From IMG/VR virus record IMGVR_UViG_2548876860_000012, positions 1 through 33,463 of that record: a DNA stretch of 33,463 nt. One strand, written 5' to 3'. Position numbers and translations under genes: made by a program. Positions 10,630 through 20,269 of this stretch are shown piece after piece. The DNA comes from a virus. Its lineage: Duplodnaviria; Heunggongvirae; Uroviricota; Caudoviricetes. How positions within the stretch are numbered: position 1 is the first letter of the stretch; each line of letters opens with the position of its first letter. The notes below the pieces were generated by a model that was not told the DNA's origin, made no database searches, and saw only the letters and a list, made by a program, of their open reading frames with translations.

Positions 10630-11014
10630 TGTTGCCTCCGTGACTCTGCCTACATTCGCCCAGCTCCGTACACTCCAGCAGCAGAAAGCGCCGCGCCCCG
10701 TTCAGATCGCGCTGACGTTTCACCCGGTACACACTGTCACCGCAGACCACCTCATAATCAGCGGTGATCCCCCGGCGGTAACGAATGGTGATGTAATGGG
10801 TGATGGCGTCCCCGGTCTGCGCGGTTTCCTGCCAGGTGGTGGCACTGGTCTGGACAACCTTCGCCCATGTCCGGAACGCAACCGGGTATTGAGGCTCCAC
10901 GCCAAAGTTATCCGCGGGCATATCCACCCGCAGGCGGATCAGGACGCGTTTATTCAGTTCACCGGGGTCCGGCAGAATGTAGGTTGCGCTGGTCTGCGCC
11001 TGACGAATTTTCAT
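10604..11014 (-). CDS. Head-tail adaptor / head closure protein
   Basis: 136-aa ORF in the head-completion cluster; start codon uncertain. Confidence 0.5.
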   Translation of the reverse strand: MKIRQAQTSATYILPDPGELNKRVLIRLRVDMPADNFGVEPQYPVAFRTWAKVVQTSATTWQETAQTGDAITHYITIRYRRGITADYEVVCGDSVYRVKRQRDLNGARRFLLLECTELGECRQSHGGNNDDFLFAR

Positions 11015-11334
11015 TGCGGGAAATACCTGTACGGGCCGACAAGCCAGTTAAAGCTCATTGGCAACTCCATTTTCTCAACGTCTGTAACCGACGAGCGATT
11101 TTCGTAAAAATGGCTGATAAGCATCAGCATCCCCAGACGAATATCATCCGGCAGGTGCAGCCCGTCCGGATCGCTGTCCGGAATGGTTTCATCCGGAGCA
11201 TAGAGCTTCCGGTTCAGATACGTTTCCGTCCGCTTTTGCGCCGCACAGGCCAGCAGTTGCAGATGGCGGTCATCAGCATCGAAATCCTCATCCAGCCGGA
11301 GTTGGGCTTTAATCTCTTCCATTGTCAGAAGCAT
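11011..11334 (-). CDS. Head-tail connector protein (gp6-like)
   Basis: 107-aa acidic ORF downstream of the major capsid gene. Confidence 0.6.
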   Translation of the reverse strand: MLLTMEEIKAQLRLDEDFDADDRHLQLLACAAQKRTETYLNRKLYAPDETIPDSDPDGLHLPDDIRLGMLMLISHFYENRSSVTDVEKMELPMSFNWLVGPYRYFPQ

Positions 11335-11336
11335 AC

Positions 11337-11537
11337 TCAGCCCTCTTTACTGGTCGTGGCTTTTTTCTCTTTTGTCGCTTTACTGCTTTTTGCACTGGTT
11401 CCGCGCTCTGCTAACCCGGCCTGAAGTGCAATCTCCTGCACCCGGGCAGGAAGCGCCCCGTCGTCATACTCACCGGCCCGAATGACCTCAACACGCATAC
11501 CGTCCGGTGACCATTTCAGATCTTGTTTCAGGATCAT
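11337..11537 (-). CDS. Small hypothetical head-module protein
   Basis: 66-aa ORF with a Lys/Ser/Thr-rich C-terminus, between the capsid and connector genes. Confidence 0.35.
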   Translation of the reverse strand: MILKQDLKWSPDGMRVEVIRAGEYDDGALPARVQEIALQAGLAERGTSAKSSKATKEKKATTSKEG

Positions 11538-11586
11538 GATTCTTCACCCGTCAGAACAGGGGGCGCGGTTCCGCGCCCCTGAGTGA

Positions 11587-12792
11587 TTACGCCGCAGCAA
11601 TCTTCAGCAGTTTGATGGCCTGCGAATCGACCAGCATGCCGCCGGTGCGCTTGGTGGTATAAAAACCGACAAACGGTTTATTGGTGTACGGATCGCGAAG
11701 AATGCGGGTACCGATACGGTCAACGATGGTGTAACCCCGTTTGAAGTTACCAAATGCAATGGCTTTCGCATCCGCGGCAATATCCGGCATCTGCTCGTTT
11801 TCAGCGATATCGTAACCCGCCAGAGAGGATGGCTGCCCCAGTTCCAGCCCAGGACGCCACAGATAGTTACCCTCGGTGTCTTTCAGCAGACGGATGGCAA
11901 ACAGGCTGTTGTTGTTCATCATGAACTTCGCGCCAGTGCGGTGTGCCTTACGCAGCGTGTAAATCAGTTTGATAATGGCGTCTGCGGTCACCGCGGTCGC
12001 TTCGCCGGATACAATATGCTGAAGTTTGCCGAACGCCCGGACCTTGTCGGTTTCATCAGTGGATTCATACGCCAGGAACCCTTTCGGCTTCTTGGTGCCA
12101 TCGCCTGAGGTAAAGGCAATTTCTTCCTGTTCGGCAAATTCGGTTGCCAGCTCGCTGTTGATCCAGGCCTCCACGTTGAAGAAGGCATCGTCCAGCATTT
12201 TCTGGGTAGCCTGCGGGTTGCCGTAAATTTCCCCCATGAGAGGTTCAATCAGCTCCAGTCTGGAGGTGGCAGTCTGGGATCGCGTATCCGTTTCCCCCAC
12301 CCATCCGGAAGCCGTACCGCCCAGATTCACCAGTTTTTTGTAGTCGGAACCGCCAACGGTGATCACCGTGGCTTCCTGACGCATCACCACTTCATCTTTC
12401 AGCAGGTTAAGAATGTTGCGATCCAGTTCTTCCGGCACGGCGTAGCCACCGTCTTCATCGGTACCCACCTGCAATGCCTTACGCTCCAGATCGCGCAGAC
12501 CGTCTTCACGGCCTTTACGCAGGAAGCCCACAAACGCCTCTTTATGCTCGGTGGCCAGTTTATTTTGCGCTCCACCAGCCGGACGTTTCAGCTCAAGCAG
12601 CTCTTTTTCAAGGTCGCTTTTGAGATTTTCCAGCTCGCTGAGTTTCCCGTTCAGGGTTTCCACCTGCCCGGCAAGCTTGCCTTTTTCCTGCTCAATCGCC
12701 TCCACGCGCTTGTCGTTCTTTGCTTTGAAGTCGTCAAACTTCTGCTGCAGCTCCTGCGCGACCTGTTCGACATCTTTAATATCAACCGCCAT
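11587..12792 (-). CDS. Major capsid protein (HK97 fold)
   Basis: 401-aa ORF after the prohead protease with an N-terminal coiled-coil-like delta domain (AQELQQKFDDFKAKNDKRVEAIEQEKGKLAGQVETLNGKLSELENLKSDLEKELLELKR). Confidence 0.85.
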   Translation of the reverse strand: MAVDIKDVEQVAQELQQKFDDFKAKNDKRVEAIEQEKGKLAGQVETLNGKLSELENLKSDLEKELLELKRPAGGAQNKLATEHKEAFVGFLRKGREDGLRDLERKALQVGTDEDGGYAVPEELDRNILNLLKDEVVMRQEATVITVGGSDYKKLVNLGGTASGWVGETDTRSQTATSRLELIEPLMGEIYGNPQATQKMLDDAFFNVEAWINSELATEFAEQEEIAFTSGDGTKKPKGFLAYESTDETDKVRAFGKLQHIVSGEATAVTADAIIKLIYTLRKAHRTGAKFMMNNNSLFAIRLLKDTEGNYLWRPGLELGQPSSLAGYDIAENEQMPDIAADAKAIAFGNFKRGYTIVDRIGTRILRDPYTNKPFVGFYTTKRTGGMLVDSQAIKLLKIAAA

Positions 12793-12806
12793 TGTATTTC
12801 TCCTGA

Positions 12807-13493
12807 TTAGAAGTTCAGATTTTTCAGTGCATTCAGTGCAGAGCCCACATCCTCAGCGTCGCGCAGGGACAGTGCGCCATAGCCCCCGGCCATGAATGCT
12901 TTGGCCTGGGTACGGGAGAGTCCGACATCACGCAGGACTCTTTCGATTTTTTTCTGTTCGGGGATTTCCCCGCGGGCCAGTGCGTTCTTGACGTCGCTGA
13001 TCCGCGCCTCGTCGTTAGACGGGAACGTCACCAGGCTGACTTCCCAGAGGTCGATTTCTTTCAGCAGAAAGGCTTCTTTGCTCCGGTCGTATTCCCAGTC
13101 TTTCAGGACGTACCCAATAGAAAGGCCGGTTAACGAACCGGCCTTCATGTGTGCATGTGCGCGTTTTGCGAGGGGATCATCATCAATAAGCAACCGTCCC
13201 CTGACGTAAAGCCCGACATCGTCTTCCTTCATTTCGGTGTAAACACCGATGGGTTCATCCATGCGGTGCTGCCAGAGCAGCGCAGGTAACGCTTTTCTGT
13301 CACTCCACGCCCGCAGGGAAGCAGCAAATGCCCCGGACATCACCATATCATCGTGGCTGTCCTTTACACCAAAGACGGAGCCATACCCTTCAAACTCACC
13401 GGAGTCACTGACAGATTTCAGACTCAGCGGTACATCAAGACGTTGTTTCGTCTGCATTGGCGTTATCCTTCTGCTTACCGGCTTTACTGCCAT
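12807..13493 (-). CDS. Prohead protease (HK97 family)
   Basis: 228-aa ORF between portal and capsid; the 5' overlap with portal suggests a later true start. Confidence 0.8.
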   Translation of the reverse strand: MAVKPVSRRITPMQTKQRLDVPLSLKSVSDSGEFEGYGSVFGVKDSHDDMVMSGAFAASLRAWSDRKALPALLWQHRMDEPIGVYTEMKEDDVGLYVRGRLLIDDDPLAKRAHAHMKAGSLTGLSIGYVLKDWEYDRSKEAFLLKEIDLWEVSLVTFPSNDEARISDVKNALARGEIPEQKKIERVLRDVGLSRTQAKAFMAGGYGALSLRDAEDVGSALNALKNLNF

Positions 13494-14676
13494 CGGAGGG
13501 TTTCGTGGTCATGTTCATCGGTGTGAGATAGACATCACCACCGGGACGCGGATTCATATCTTCCAGGTCGCGGCAGTCATTGGGAGAGTAAATTCCCCAG
13601 TTGATCCCGGTGGCGTAGGCTTCAAAACGGGACTTCATATCCCCGCGCAGTAACGCCCCGGCGTTAAATTTGGCGTAATAAACGCCCTGCTTACTTTTTC
13701 GTACCAGTCCGGTGTTGATCCGCTGTTCGATGCGGGTCAGATACGGCACCAGTGAATAGTTGATAAATCCCAGCCCCAGCTCTTCGATATTGTTGAAGGT
13801 GGCGCGATCGGTGTTCTGCACCATGTGCAACGGCACCCGGAACAGACGACAGATTTCTTCAAGCTGAAACTTGCGGGTTTCCAGGAACTGGCTGTCCTCG
13901 GCGTTCAGCGCCATCGACTTCCAGTCCAGCCCCATCTCAAGGATCATCGGGCGGTGAGCATTGCCAAGCCCGGTGTGACGCTCCTCAAAATCTTTCTTCA
14001 GGCGCTCATAAGCCTGATCTGACAGCGTCTGCTCTGTACGCAACACACCCGACGTCACCGCGCCATTGCTGAACAGTCTGGCCCCGTGCTCTTCGGTCGC
14101 TGCCGCCAGCGATATTGCCTCGCGGGCATAGGCGATGGGATTCAGTCCCACCAGACCGTCCAGCGTCAGCGTGCGCACATGCCAGATATCCTCCTGGCTC
14201 AGTACATCCGTGGAGCCGTCCGGGAATGTGACCTGATAGACCGGCTCCCAGCGACTGTTAAGCTTCGGTACCACACAGCCGGGATCGACGGGCAGCAGTT
14301 CAGCCACTTCGCCAAATGCTTTCACTTTGTAGGCGTAAAAGTTTCCCCGCAGGCACAGACAGGTGACCACCAGCTCCCAGAACTCCTGCGGCGTCATATA
14401 GCCATTGGGATGCGTGGAGATCAGCTTATGCAGACGCTCGCCGGTGGCTCTCTGTTTCAGGCTGCCGTTCAGGTGATACAGATTGCAGGGCAACATCCCG
14501 ACCGACTCTGCCAGCACCCTGACGCAGGAAAAAACCGCCGTCAGTCGCATGGCCCGCTGGCTGCTGATCTGCTTTCCGGTATAGGTGTCGTAGGACAACC
14601 CGATAGCATCCGCCAGCTCTGCTGGCGTGGTCACCGGTGCGTCACTTTTTCGTTGAAATAATCCCGAAAAGAACAC
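13435..14676 (-). CDS. Portal protein (HK97 family)
   Basis: 413-aa ORF downstream of the large terminase. Confidence 0.8.
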   Translation of the reverse strand: MFFSGLFQRKSDAPVTTPAELADAIGLSYDTYTGKQISSQRAMRLTAVFSCVRVLAESVGMLPCNLYHLNGSLKQRATGERLHKLISTHPNGYMTPQEFWELVVTCLCLRGNFYAYKVKAFGEVAELLPVDPGCVVPKLNSRWEPVYQVTFPDGSTDVLSQEDIWHVRTLTLDGLVGLNPIAYAREAISLAAATEEHGARLFSNGAVTSGVLRTEQTLSDQAYERLKKDFEERHTGLGNAHRPMILEMGLDWKSMALNAEDSQFLETRKFQLEEICRLFRVPLHMVQNTDRATFNNIEELGLGFINYSLVPYLTRIEQRINTGLVRKSKQGVYYAKFNAGALLRGDMKSRFEAYATGINWGIYSPNDCRDLEDMNPRPGGDVYLTPMNMTTKPSDGSKAGKQKDNANADETTS

Positions 14677-14858
14677 TATTTACCTCCGCCGACAGACGAC
14701 TGTGTACGGTCGAGATATCGCGCCACCAGCCACGACCAGAACAGGCACAACGCCCCGGCAACAACAAACCCCGCCGGGGGATAAATCAGCCAGGCACCAT
14801 ACGCCAGCAAAAGCGCCCCCAGCACGCCCACCAGAGGCGCGAGAATCAGCATGATCAT
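14676..14858 (-). CDS. Small two-TM membrane protein
   Basis: 60-aa hydrophobic ORF ([49 protein letters not shown]...) between terminase and portal. Confidence 0.35.
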
Positions 14859-14869
14859 AATTACCTCAG

Positions 14870-16603
14870 TTAAAGCGAGCGGATCCCATAGGACTCAATG
14901 TGGTCAGACAGCGTGTCTTCTTTCTCGTACAGCATGGCTCTGCCAACCGCCATAATCAGCGCAACTGCACCATCGATTTTGTTTTCCGCCTGCTCTTTGA
15001 CGGGCTTCACCACATCATCGTTACCCGGAATGGTTTTGCCGACCACGTTGCCGATACACCAGGTCATGATGGGATTGCCATCATGATGAAAGCGCCCCGA
15101 TTCAATTGCCGCTTCCAGCTCTTTCATCGGGTCGGACATGTTGGTGTAGTTCTGAATGATAGTGATGGGGTTCAGGTCTTCATCAGCAAGGTCATGTGAC
15201 AGCCCGGTCGCCCCGAAGGGGTCGATGGGTGACTCACTGACCGGGCTGATTTTGTTCGCCGCTTTGGCCTCCTCGAGGATGTAGCGATAATCCACTTCCG
15301 CACCATCGGTAACGGTCAGAACGCCCATTTCCACCCATTTCTGAAAGCGTTCGGCTGTCCGTCGATCTTCATTTTTCTCGACGCTGTACACCGTGTCATA
15401 CGGTACCCAGAAACGCGGGGCCACACTGTAGTAATGCGTTTTACCGTCAATCTCGCGGGTATAAAGTCGCGCCATGCTGTTCATATCCAGCTTACGCGCC
15501 AGGTCAAAGGCCAGAATGCACGGCTGCCCCTCGAACTGCTCAAGGGTCAGTGATTTATCCTCGCAGCTCTGCCAGCTCACCAGGTTGAAATAAGCCGAAC
15601 GCGCCGACACCCAGATATTGAGGTGTTTTGTTTTAAAGACGTTTGCCAGACGGGCGTTATTTTTCGCACGCTGCTGCTGACTTAACAAAAATTCGCGATA
15701 AACCGACACGCCAATATTTGGATTGGCTTTTTCCAGCACCTGCGGGTCGGTCCAGTCGTCACCTTCATCAACGGTATAGATGATCCCGAACAGTTCATCG
15801 TTGGGCACCGAGCCGTTGAGCATCTCGATGACTTCCCGCCGCTTGTCGTAGCACGGCCCCTCAATGTTGTACCCGGCAGTAGTAATGGCCCACATCAGTG
15901 GCTGACGTCGCGCCCCCATCCCGGTAAGCATCGTGGTGTAAAGCGCATCGGTGGCGTGCTCGTGATATTCATCCACCACCGCACAGTGGGGTGATGATCC
16001 ATCACCGGGGTTACCGATCAGCGGTTCAAACCGCGCGCCATCCTCCGGACGGTTCATGTTTGAAGCGTTAACCTCAATCCCGAACGCTTCCGTCAGCATG
16101 GGTGTGCGTTTACACATCAGTCGCGCCGGGCGAAAGACTTCCCACGCCTGTTTCTCTGTCGTGGCACCGGAATACACTTCCGCGCCAAACTCGTTATCAC
16201 AGGCAAAACAATACAGGGCGACACCGGCAGAGATTGCCGATTTGCCGTTCTTACGGGGGATTTCGGTATACACCTCCCGGAAGCGGCGCAGCCGGGTACC
16301 TTTATTGACCCAGCCAAACGCACAGCAGATCACAAAGAGCTGCCACGGCTCCAGCGTGATGGGCATCCGTTTAAATGCCCACTCACCCTTGGTATGCGGC
16401 AACAGCTGAATAAATTTGGCGGCCCGTTCAGCCAGGTCCTTGTCGAAGCGGTAACGAAACGACTTACTTTTTTCCGCCATCAGGTCATCAAGATGGCGCT
16501 GGCAGGCCTGAATCACAAACTGGCAGGCCACAATCTTTCCGCGAACGACATCCCGGGCATACTGATTGGCAGCATTTACGTTGGGGTAAGATTTCCGGCT
16601 CAT
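14870..16603 (-). CDS. Terminase large subunit
   Basis: 577-aa ORF; its start overlaps the small-subunit stop. Confidence 0.85.
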
Positions 16604-17103
16604 GATTCGATAATTTTCAGAAACGGGTTAGTGGCTTTCTTCTGCCCCGCCAGGCCAATCAGACGCTGGCGGCTGCTGGGGTCAAGTCCGAGCATTGCAC
16701 CCGTGCTGCTCATCTCGGACTCCTGTTCTTTTTTGGCGGTCAGCTCCGGATTTTTGACCATGCCGCCCATTGCACCGGTGATGGTGTTGCCCTGTATGGC
16801 AATATTTTTCACGGCACGTCGCCAGAACTCATAGGCCACGCACCACCGCTCAAGTACCGCCAGGTCAGTCACGCACAGCAGGCCCTGACCGCAGAGTTCT
16901 TTGGTTGTCAGTTGCCACATGATCGTGGCGAGAGGGAGCTCTTCTTCAGCGAACCACTCCGGTGGCTCAACACCTTTGATGGGCGTAAAAACAGGTTCAT
17001 CTTTGTTCAGGGCTCGCTTGCCGGGGTTTCCGGCCAGCGCCTTGCGCGCCGTTGGCTTGGGGCGACGCCCGGAACGCCCCGCCGTTCCAGCCATATGCGG
17101 CAC
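16600..17103 (-). CDS. Terminase small subunit (P27-like)
   Basis: 167-aa ORF immediately upstream of the large subunit, with a basic N-terminus. Confidence 0.7.
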   Translation of the reverse strand: MPHMAGTAGRSGRRPKPTARKALAGNPGKRALNKDEPVFTPIKGVEPPEWFAEEELPLATIMWQLTTKELCGQGLLCVTDLAVLERWCVAYEFWRRAVKNIAIQGNTITGAMGGMVKNPELTAKKEQESEMSSTGAMLGLDPSSRQRLIGLAGQKKATNPFLKIIES

Positions 17104-17144
17104 TCCTGGTTAAATTTCATTTTTCGCGGGTATAAAAAAACGAT

Positions 17145-17193
17145 GGGGCGGGCAGTCCGGAAGACGTCAGGTCACAGAGATTTGACCCGCCCC
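17145..17193. other. Candidate cos/packaging-site region
   Basis: 8-bp GC inverted repeat GGGGCGGG (17145-17152) / CCCGCCCC (17186-17193) in the 116-bp gap between HNH and terS, where HK97-like phages place cos. Confidence 0.3.
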
Positions 17194-17219
17194 TCCCCTC
17201 AGACAGTTGAGAATTATTA

Positions 17220-17570
17220 TCACTTTAGCCGTTCACGGGCCGTCTTCGCCTTATGACACGGCCAGCACAGACTCTGCAGATTATTGTCGGCCTCAGTGCC
17301 GCCATGTGCTTTAGGGATGATGTGGTCAACGGTTTGCGCCTCACGCACCACACCGGCACGCAGACATAACTGACACAGGCCCTTGTCACGCTTCAGTACA
17401 CGTTCACGGATAGCATCCCATTTCGAACCGTAGCCGCGCTGATGACGGGATTGTCCTGGCTTGTATTGCTTCCAGCCTTCGCTTTTGTGGCTTTCGCAGT
17501 AGCCTGACGAGTCAGTGGTGGTATGGCGGCAGCCACGAACACGGCAGGCTTTTGGGATTCGTGGGGGCAT
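17220..17570 (-). CDS. HNH endonuclease (packaging-associated)
   Basis: 116-aa ORF with Cys/His motifs (CRVRGCRH...CESH and DHIIPKAHGG...CWPCH) directly upstream of cos/terS. Confidence 0.8.
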   Translation of the reverse strand: MPPRIPKACRVRGCRHTTTDSSGYCESHKSEGWKQYKPGQSRHQRGYGSKWDAIRERVLKRDKGLCQLCLRAGVVREAQTVDHIIPKAHGGTEADNNLQSLCWPCHKAKTARERLK

Positions 17571-17596
17571 AAATATATTCCTGTTCTTTGTCCAGA

Positions 17597-17869
17597 TTAT
17601 TTGCCTGCTGCCAGCAAAGCGTTATGGCGCATCTCGATACTTCGAATCCCCGCTTTGTCAATATTGCATTGTCCCAACGCTGACAACAGACTCACATTCA
17701 ACTCCAGACTGGCACCATACGTCAGCGGATTGGGTATAAACGGTACAGGAGTATCAGAAGTCAGGCTGGCTGGCAGTGGTGCCACCGGAGCGCTCACGTA
17801 AACCGTCCGCGAATTTCCGCAACCTGTCAGCAGCGGCAGCAGGCACAGGACGTGAAGCACAATCATCAT
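17597..17869 (-). CDS. o-spanin (Rz1-like lipoprotein)
   Basis: Start placed at the internal MM of the track ORF (MMIVLHVLCLLPLLTGCGN) with lipobox LLTGC; out-of-frame overlap with the 3' end of Rz. Confidence 0.6.
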   Translation of the reverse strand: MMIVLHVLCLLPLLTGCGNSRTVYVSAPVAPLPASLTSDTPVPFIPNPLTYGASLELNVSLLSALGQCNIDKAGIRSIEMRHNALLAAGK

Positions 17870-18146
17870 CCGCAACAGCCACTTTGATATCTTCCTGGGT
17901 TCTCTGTGACTCCAGTGCGATCTGCTGTTTTGCATGCTGGTTAGCCTCTATAACTGTATTGATGATTTGCAGTGATTGCAGAACGTTACGGGTAATGGCA
18001 GTTGCTGATTCAGCATTTCGTACAGCCTCATCAGCACGCTCCTTTTCGTGCTGATATTTGCTGTAGTAATGCCCGGTAGACCAGATGAAGGAACCAATGA
18101 CGGTAACAAAGAAGGCAACAATAACCAGCTTATATCTCAGCTTCAT
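17754..18146 (-). CDS. i-spanin (Rz-like)
   Basis: 130-aa ORF with an N-terminal TM helix and coiled-coil-like middle, following the endolysin. Confidence 0.65.
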   Translation of the reverse strand: MKLRYKLVIVAFFVTVIGSFIWSTGHYYSKYQHEKERADEAVRNAESATAITRNVLQSLQIINTVIEANQHAKQQIALESQRTQEDIKVAVADDDCASRPVPAAAADRLRKFADGLRERSGGTTASQPDF

Positions 18147-18606
18147 TTACTTCCCCACCAGCCTCTTTAAATCGGGCAATCAGGTCGCCTATTTTATGTT
18201 CATACTGACCATAACCTGCACCAGGTAACGACGCCCAGATATTGCTGCAACGGTCGATTGCCTGACGAATATCACCGCGATCAATCATCGGTAAAGCGCC
18301 ACGCTCCTTAATCTGCTGCAGCGCAACAGCATCCTGGCTTTTCGGAGAGAAGTCTTTCAGTCCAAGTTGCTTACGGTAAGCATCCCACCAACGGGAAAGA
18401 AGCTGGTAACGTCCGGCTGCTGTTGATTTGAGTTTGGGGTTTAACGTGACAAGTTTGCGAGGGTGATCGGAGTAATCAGTAAACAGTTCGCCGCCAACAA
18501 TAACGTCATAACCGTGGTTACGTGTCGGTTGTCGCCCGTTATCCGTTCCTTCTGACCATGCCACCATATCGAGGAAAGCTTTACGCTGAGGATTAAGATT
18601 TTGCAT
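18130..18606 (-). CDS. R: Endolysin, lambda R-type lytic transglycosylase
   Basis: 158-aa protein nearly identical over most of its length to lambda R as I recall it (QRKAFLDMVAWSEGTDNGRQ...NHGYDVIVGGELFTDYSDHPRKLVTLNPKLKS...GRYQLLSRWWDAYRKQLGLKDF). Confidence 0.9.
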   Translation of the reverse strand: MQNLNPQRKAFLDMVAWSEGTDNGRQPTRNHGYDVIVGGELFTDYSDHPRKLVTLNPKLKSTAAGRYQLLSRWWDAYRKQLGLKDFSPKSQDAVALQQIKERGALPMIDRGDIRQAIDRCSNIWASLPGAGYGQYEHKIGDLIARFKEAGGEVNEAEI

Positions 18607-18910
18607 TTTTCACCCCTGTCAGTCGTTCCCAGAAGTACGTCAGTGCAACCGACCCCATCGCACCGCTAATCCCCGCTGTCGCGAGAATCATGTAAATACT
18701 GAATCCACTTTCGATGCTAATCAGGCCACCAATAACACCGGTGAATCCTGATACCACTATTTGAGCCAGAGCATTTATCCAACTCCACGTTGCTTTACTC
18801 TGCTTCACATCTATCAGGTAGCGGACCAGACCGCCCCAACCTGCAATGATCAGCAAAACGAGCCAGAACGCTCCGGCAAGGCTCTCTTTTTCGTGCATAT
18901 GAATAGCCAA
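18593..18910 (-). CDS. Holin (three TM helices, dual-start motif)
   Basis: 105-aa ORF directly upstream of the endolysin; N-terminus MAIHMHEK has two Met codons like the lambda S105/S107 motif. Confidence 0.65.
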   Translation of the reverse strand: MAIHMHEKESLAGAFWLVLLIIAGWGGLVRYLIDVKQSKATWSWINALAQIVVSGFTGVIGGLISIESGFSIYMILATAGISGAMGSVALTYFWERLTGVKNAKS

Positions 18911-19121
18911 TGTTTCGCCGCCGACAAAAGGCCGGGACGTTAAATGTCAGAATGCAGGCTCACGGGTTAATTTAACGACAAAGCACGGAGTTGATGCTCC
19001 CCGCAAGCCTTGAATAAAAAAGCCAGCATATGGCTGACAACAGAGGGTTAAGCAATGTCAATTCATCAGGCGAAGGCAACAAAAAGCCCCAGCAAATGCC
19101 AGGGCTAGACAGATATGAATA

Positions 19122-19301
19122 CTACTGTTCTTCTATTTTTTTACTGGAAATCAATCCACTGGTCATTTCATAACCGTTTGTGTGGCCACAGTAAGGGCAA
19201 ATAATTGGCTCTTTATCCTTTCCTCCTGGATAGCCTCCACTGTGCTCCCAATAAATAAACTCTTTATTGCAACTTTCATTACTACATCTTGTATTGCTCA
19301 T
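19122..19301 (-). CDS. Small zinc-ribbon protein (59 aa), moron between Q and lysis
   Basis: Not in the ORF track. ATG at 19301 with GGAG 8 nt upstream, stop at 19122-19124. Translation MSNTRCSNESCNKEFIYWEHSGGYPGGKDKEPIICPYCGHTNGYEMTSGLISSKKIEEQ carries two CxxC pairs. AT-rich. Confidence 0.45.
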   Translation of the reverse strand: MSNTRCSNESCNKEFIYWEHSGGYPGGKDKEPIICPYCGHTNGYEMTSGLISSKKIEEQ

Positions 19302-19372
19302 TGCATCACTCCCTCAGTAAGTAAGGAAATAAATACATAGCATAACCAAATCATTATTCGAAATTTGAGCAC

Positions 19373-19397
19373 AAAAAAACCCGCTCGATGGCGGGTT
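19373..19397 (-). terminator. Rho-independent terminator downstream of Q (tR'-like)
   Basis: Minus-strand reads AACCCGC-CATCGA-GCGGG followed by TTTTTTT, about 110 bp after the Q-like stop. Confidence 0.6.
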
Positions 19398-19503
19398 CAA
19401 GAAGATTATCAACGGTAGACACACAAAGCCCATCGTTAGGAGAATCCTAACCATGTTTTTTGAAAAATGCAAGAATCATGTCGCTATCTTCGGCGAAAAT
19501 CAT

Positions 19504-20256
19504 TTATCTTGTCACTCTCCTCAATTGTGTCTCAGCATATGCTTCTTCCTGCCAGCACTTTGTCACCAGTTTATCAATGACATCTGCATATCCTTTGTAC
19601 CACTGATAATCCGTCAGGTCTGGTACCAGCTTCTGGACATGATGCCGCGCCAGTGTGGTTGGTAAACGACTAAACCGGTTTCCATTGCAACGCCCACAAA
19701 TCTTATAAACAGGCGTGCCATGAAGCCGGGTTCTTTTTTCATCCAGGATAATACCTTTACCCTTACATCCTCTGCACGCCGTGCTGACTTCTCCCTTACC
19801 ATGACAATGCTGACATAGTTCCTTCACCCTCTCTGCCTTGATAATGGATTCCCCGCTTCTGGAGTGTTTCACCACTTCGCGCAATACATTATGAAATCCA
19901 GTACCAGCACAATGCTCACAGCGAGCCTTACTTGCCGCAGACCTGGAATAATCAGCAAAGGCAAAATTCACAAGGTAAGGGATGATCTGTAACCGGGTTT
20001 CTTCACTCAATTTGTTCAATGTCGGGTTATCCAGTGCCATCGCGTAATTGAGCAGACCTTCAATCGCAAACTGAGGATCCTGAACACCAACTTTTGCCAG
20101 GAATAAGGCAAAACCCAGTGGTGCTTTCGACTGCACCATCCCCTGCGCAGCCATCACATCTGTAATTGTTAAACCACCAGAGCCTGTCGCCGGTGCGTCA
20201 TCACTCAATTTTGGAGATTTTGGGGAGTAATATTTTGGTAAGGCTTCAAGGTTCAT
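19504..20256 (-). CDS. Putative late antiterminator Q
   Basis: 250-aa ORF with clustered Cys motifs (CEHCAGTG, CQHCHGKG, CRGCKGKG, CGRCNGNR), placed immediately upstream of the terminator and lysis cassette. Confidence 0.5.
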   Translation of the reverse strand: MNLEALPKYYSPKSPKLSDDAPATGSGGLTITDVMAAQGMVQSKAPLGFALFLAKVGVQDPQFAIEGLLNYAMALDNPTLNKLSEETRLQIIPYLVNFAFADYSRSAASKARCEHCAGTGFHNVLREVVKHSRSGESIIKAERVKELCQHCHGKGEVSTACRGCKGKGIILDEKRTRLHGTPVYKICGRCNGNRFSRLPTTLARHHVQKLVPDLTDYQWYKGYADVIDKLVTKCWQEEAYAETQLRRVTR

Positions 20257-20269
20257 GCTCGTTCTCCAC

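Noticed and set aside
55-16834. Many plus-strand ORFs antisense to the structural genes (for example 55-453, 600-833, 4067-4564, 5813-6142, 8180-8596, 9590-10180, 10640-11107, 14086-14661, 16394-16834)
   Set aside because: They lie wholly inside longer, well-supported minus-strand phage genes, have no ribosome-binding context and give low-complexity Arg/Pro/Gly-rich translations typical of shadow ORFs in GC-rich coding DNA.
18911-19503. tRNA genes between Q and the lysis genes
   Set aside because: No cloverleaf-compatible sequence or T-loop-like GTTCGAATC motif was seen; the region instead holds hairpin/T-tract terminators and a small ORF.
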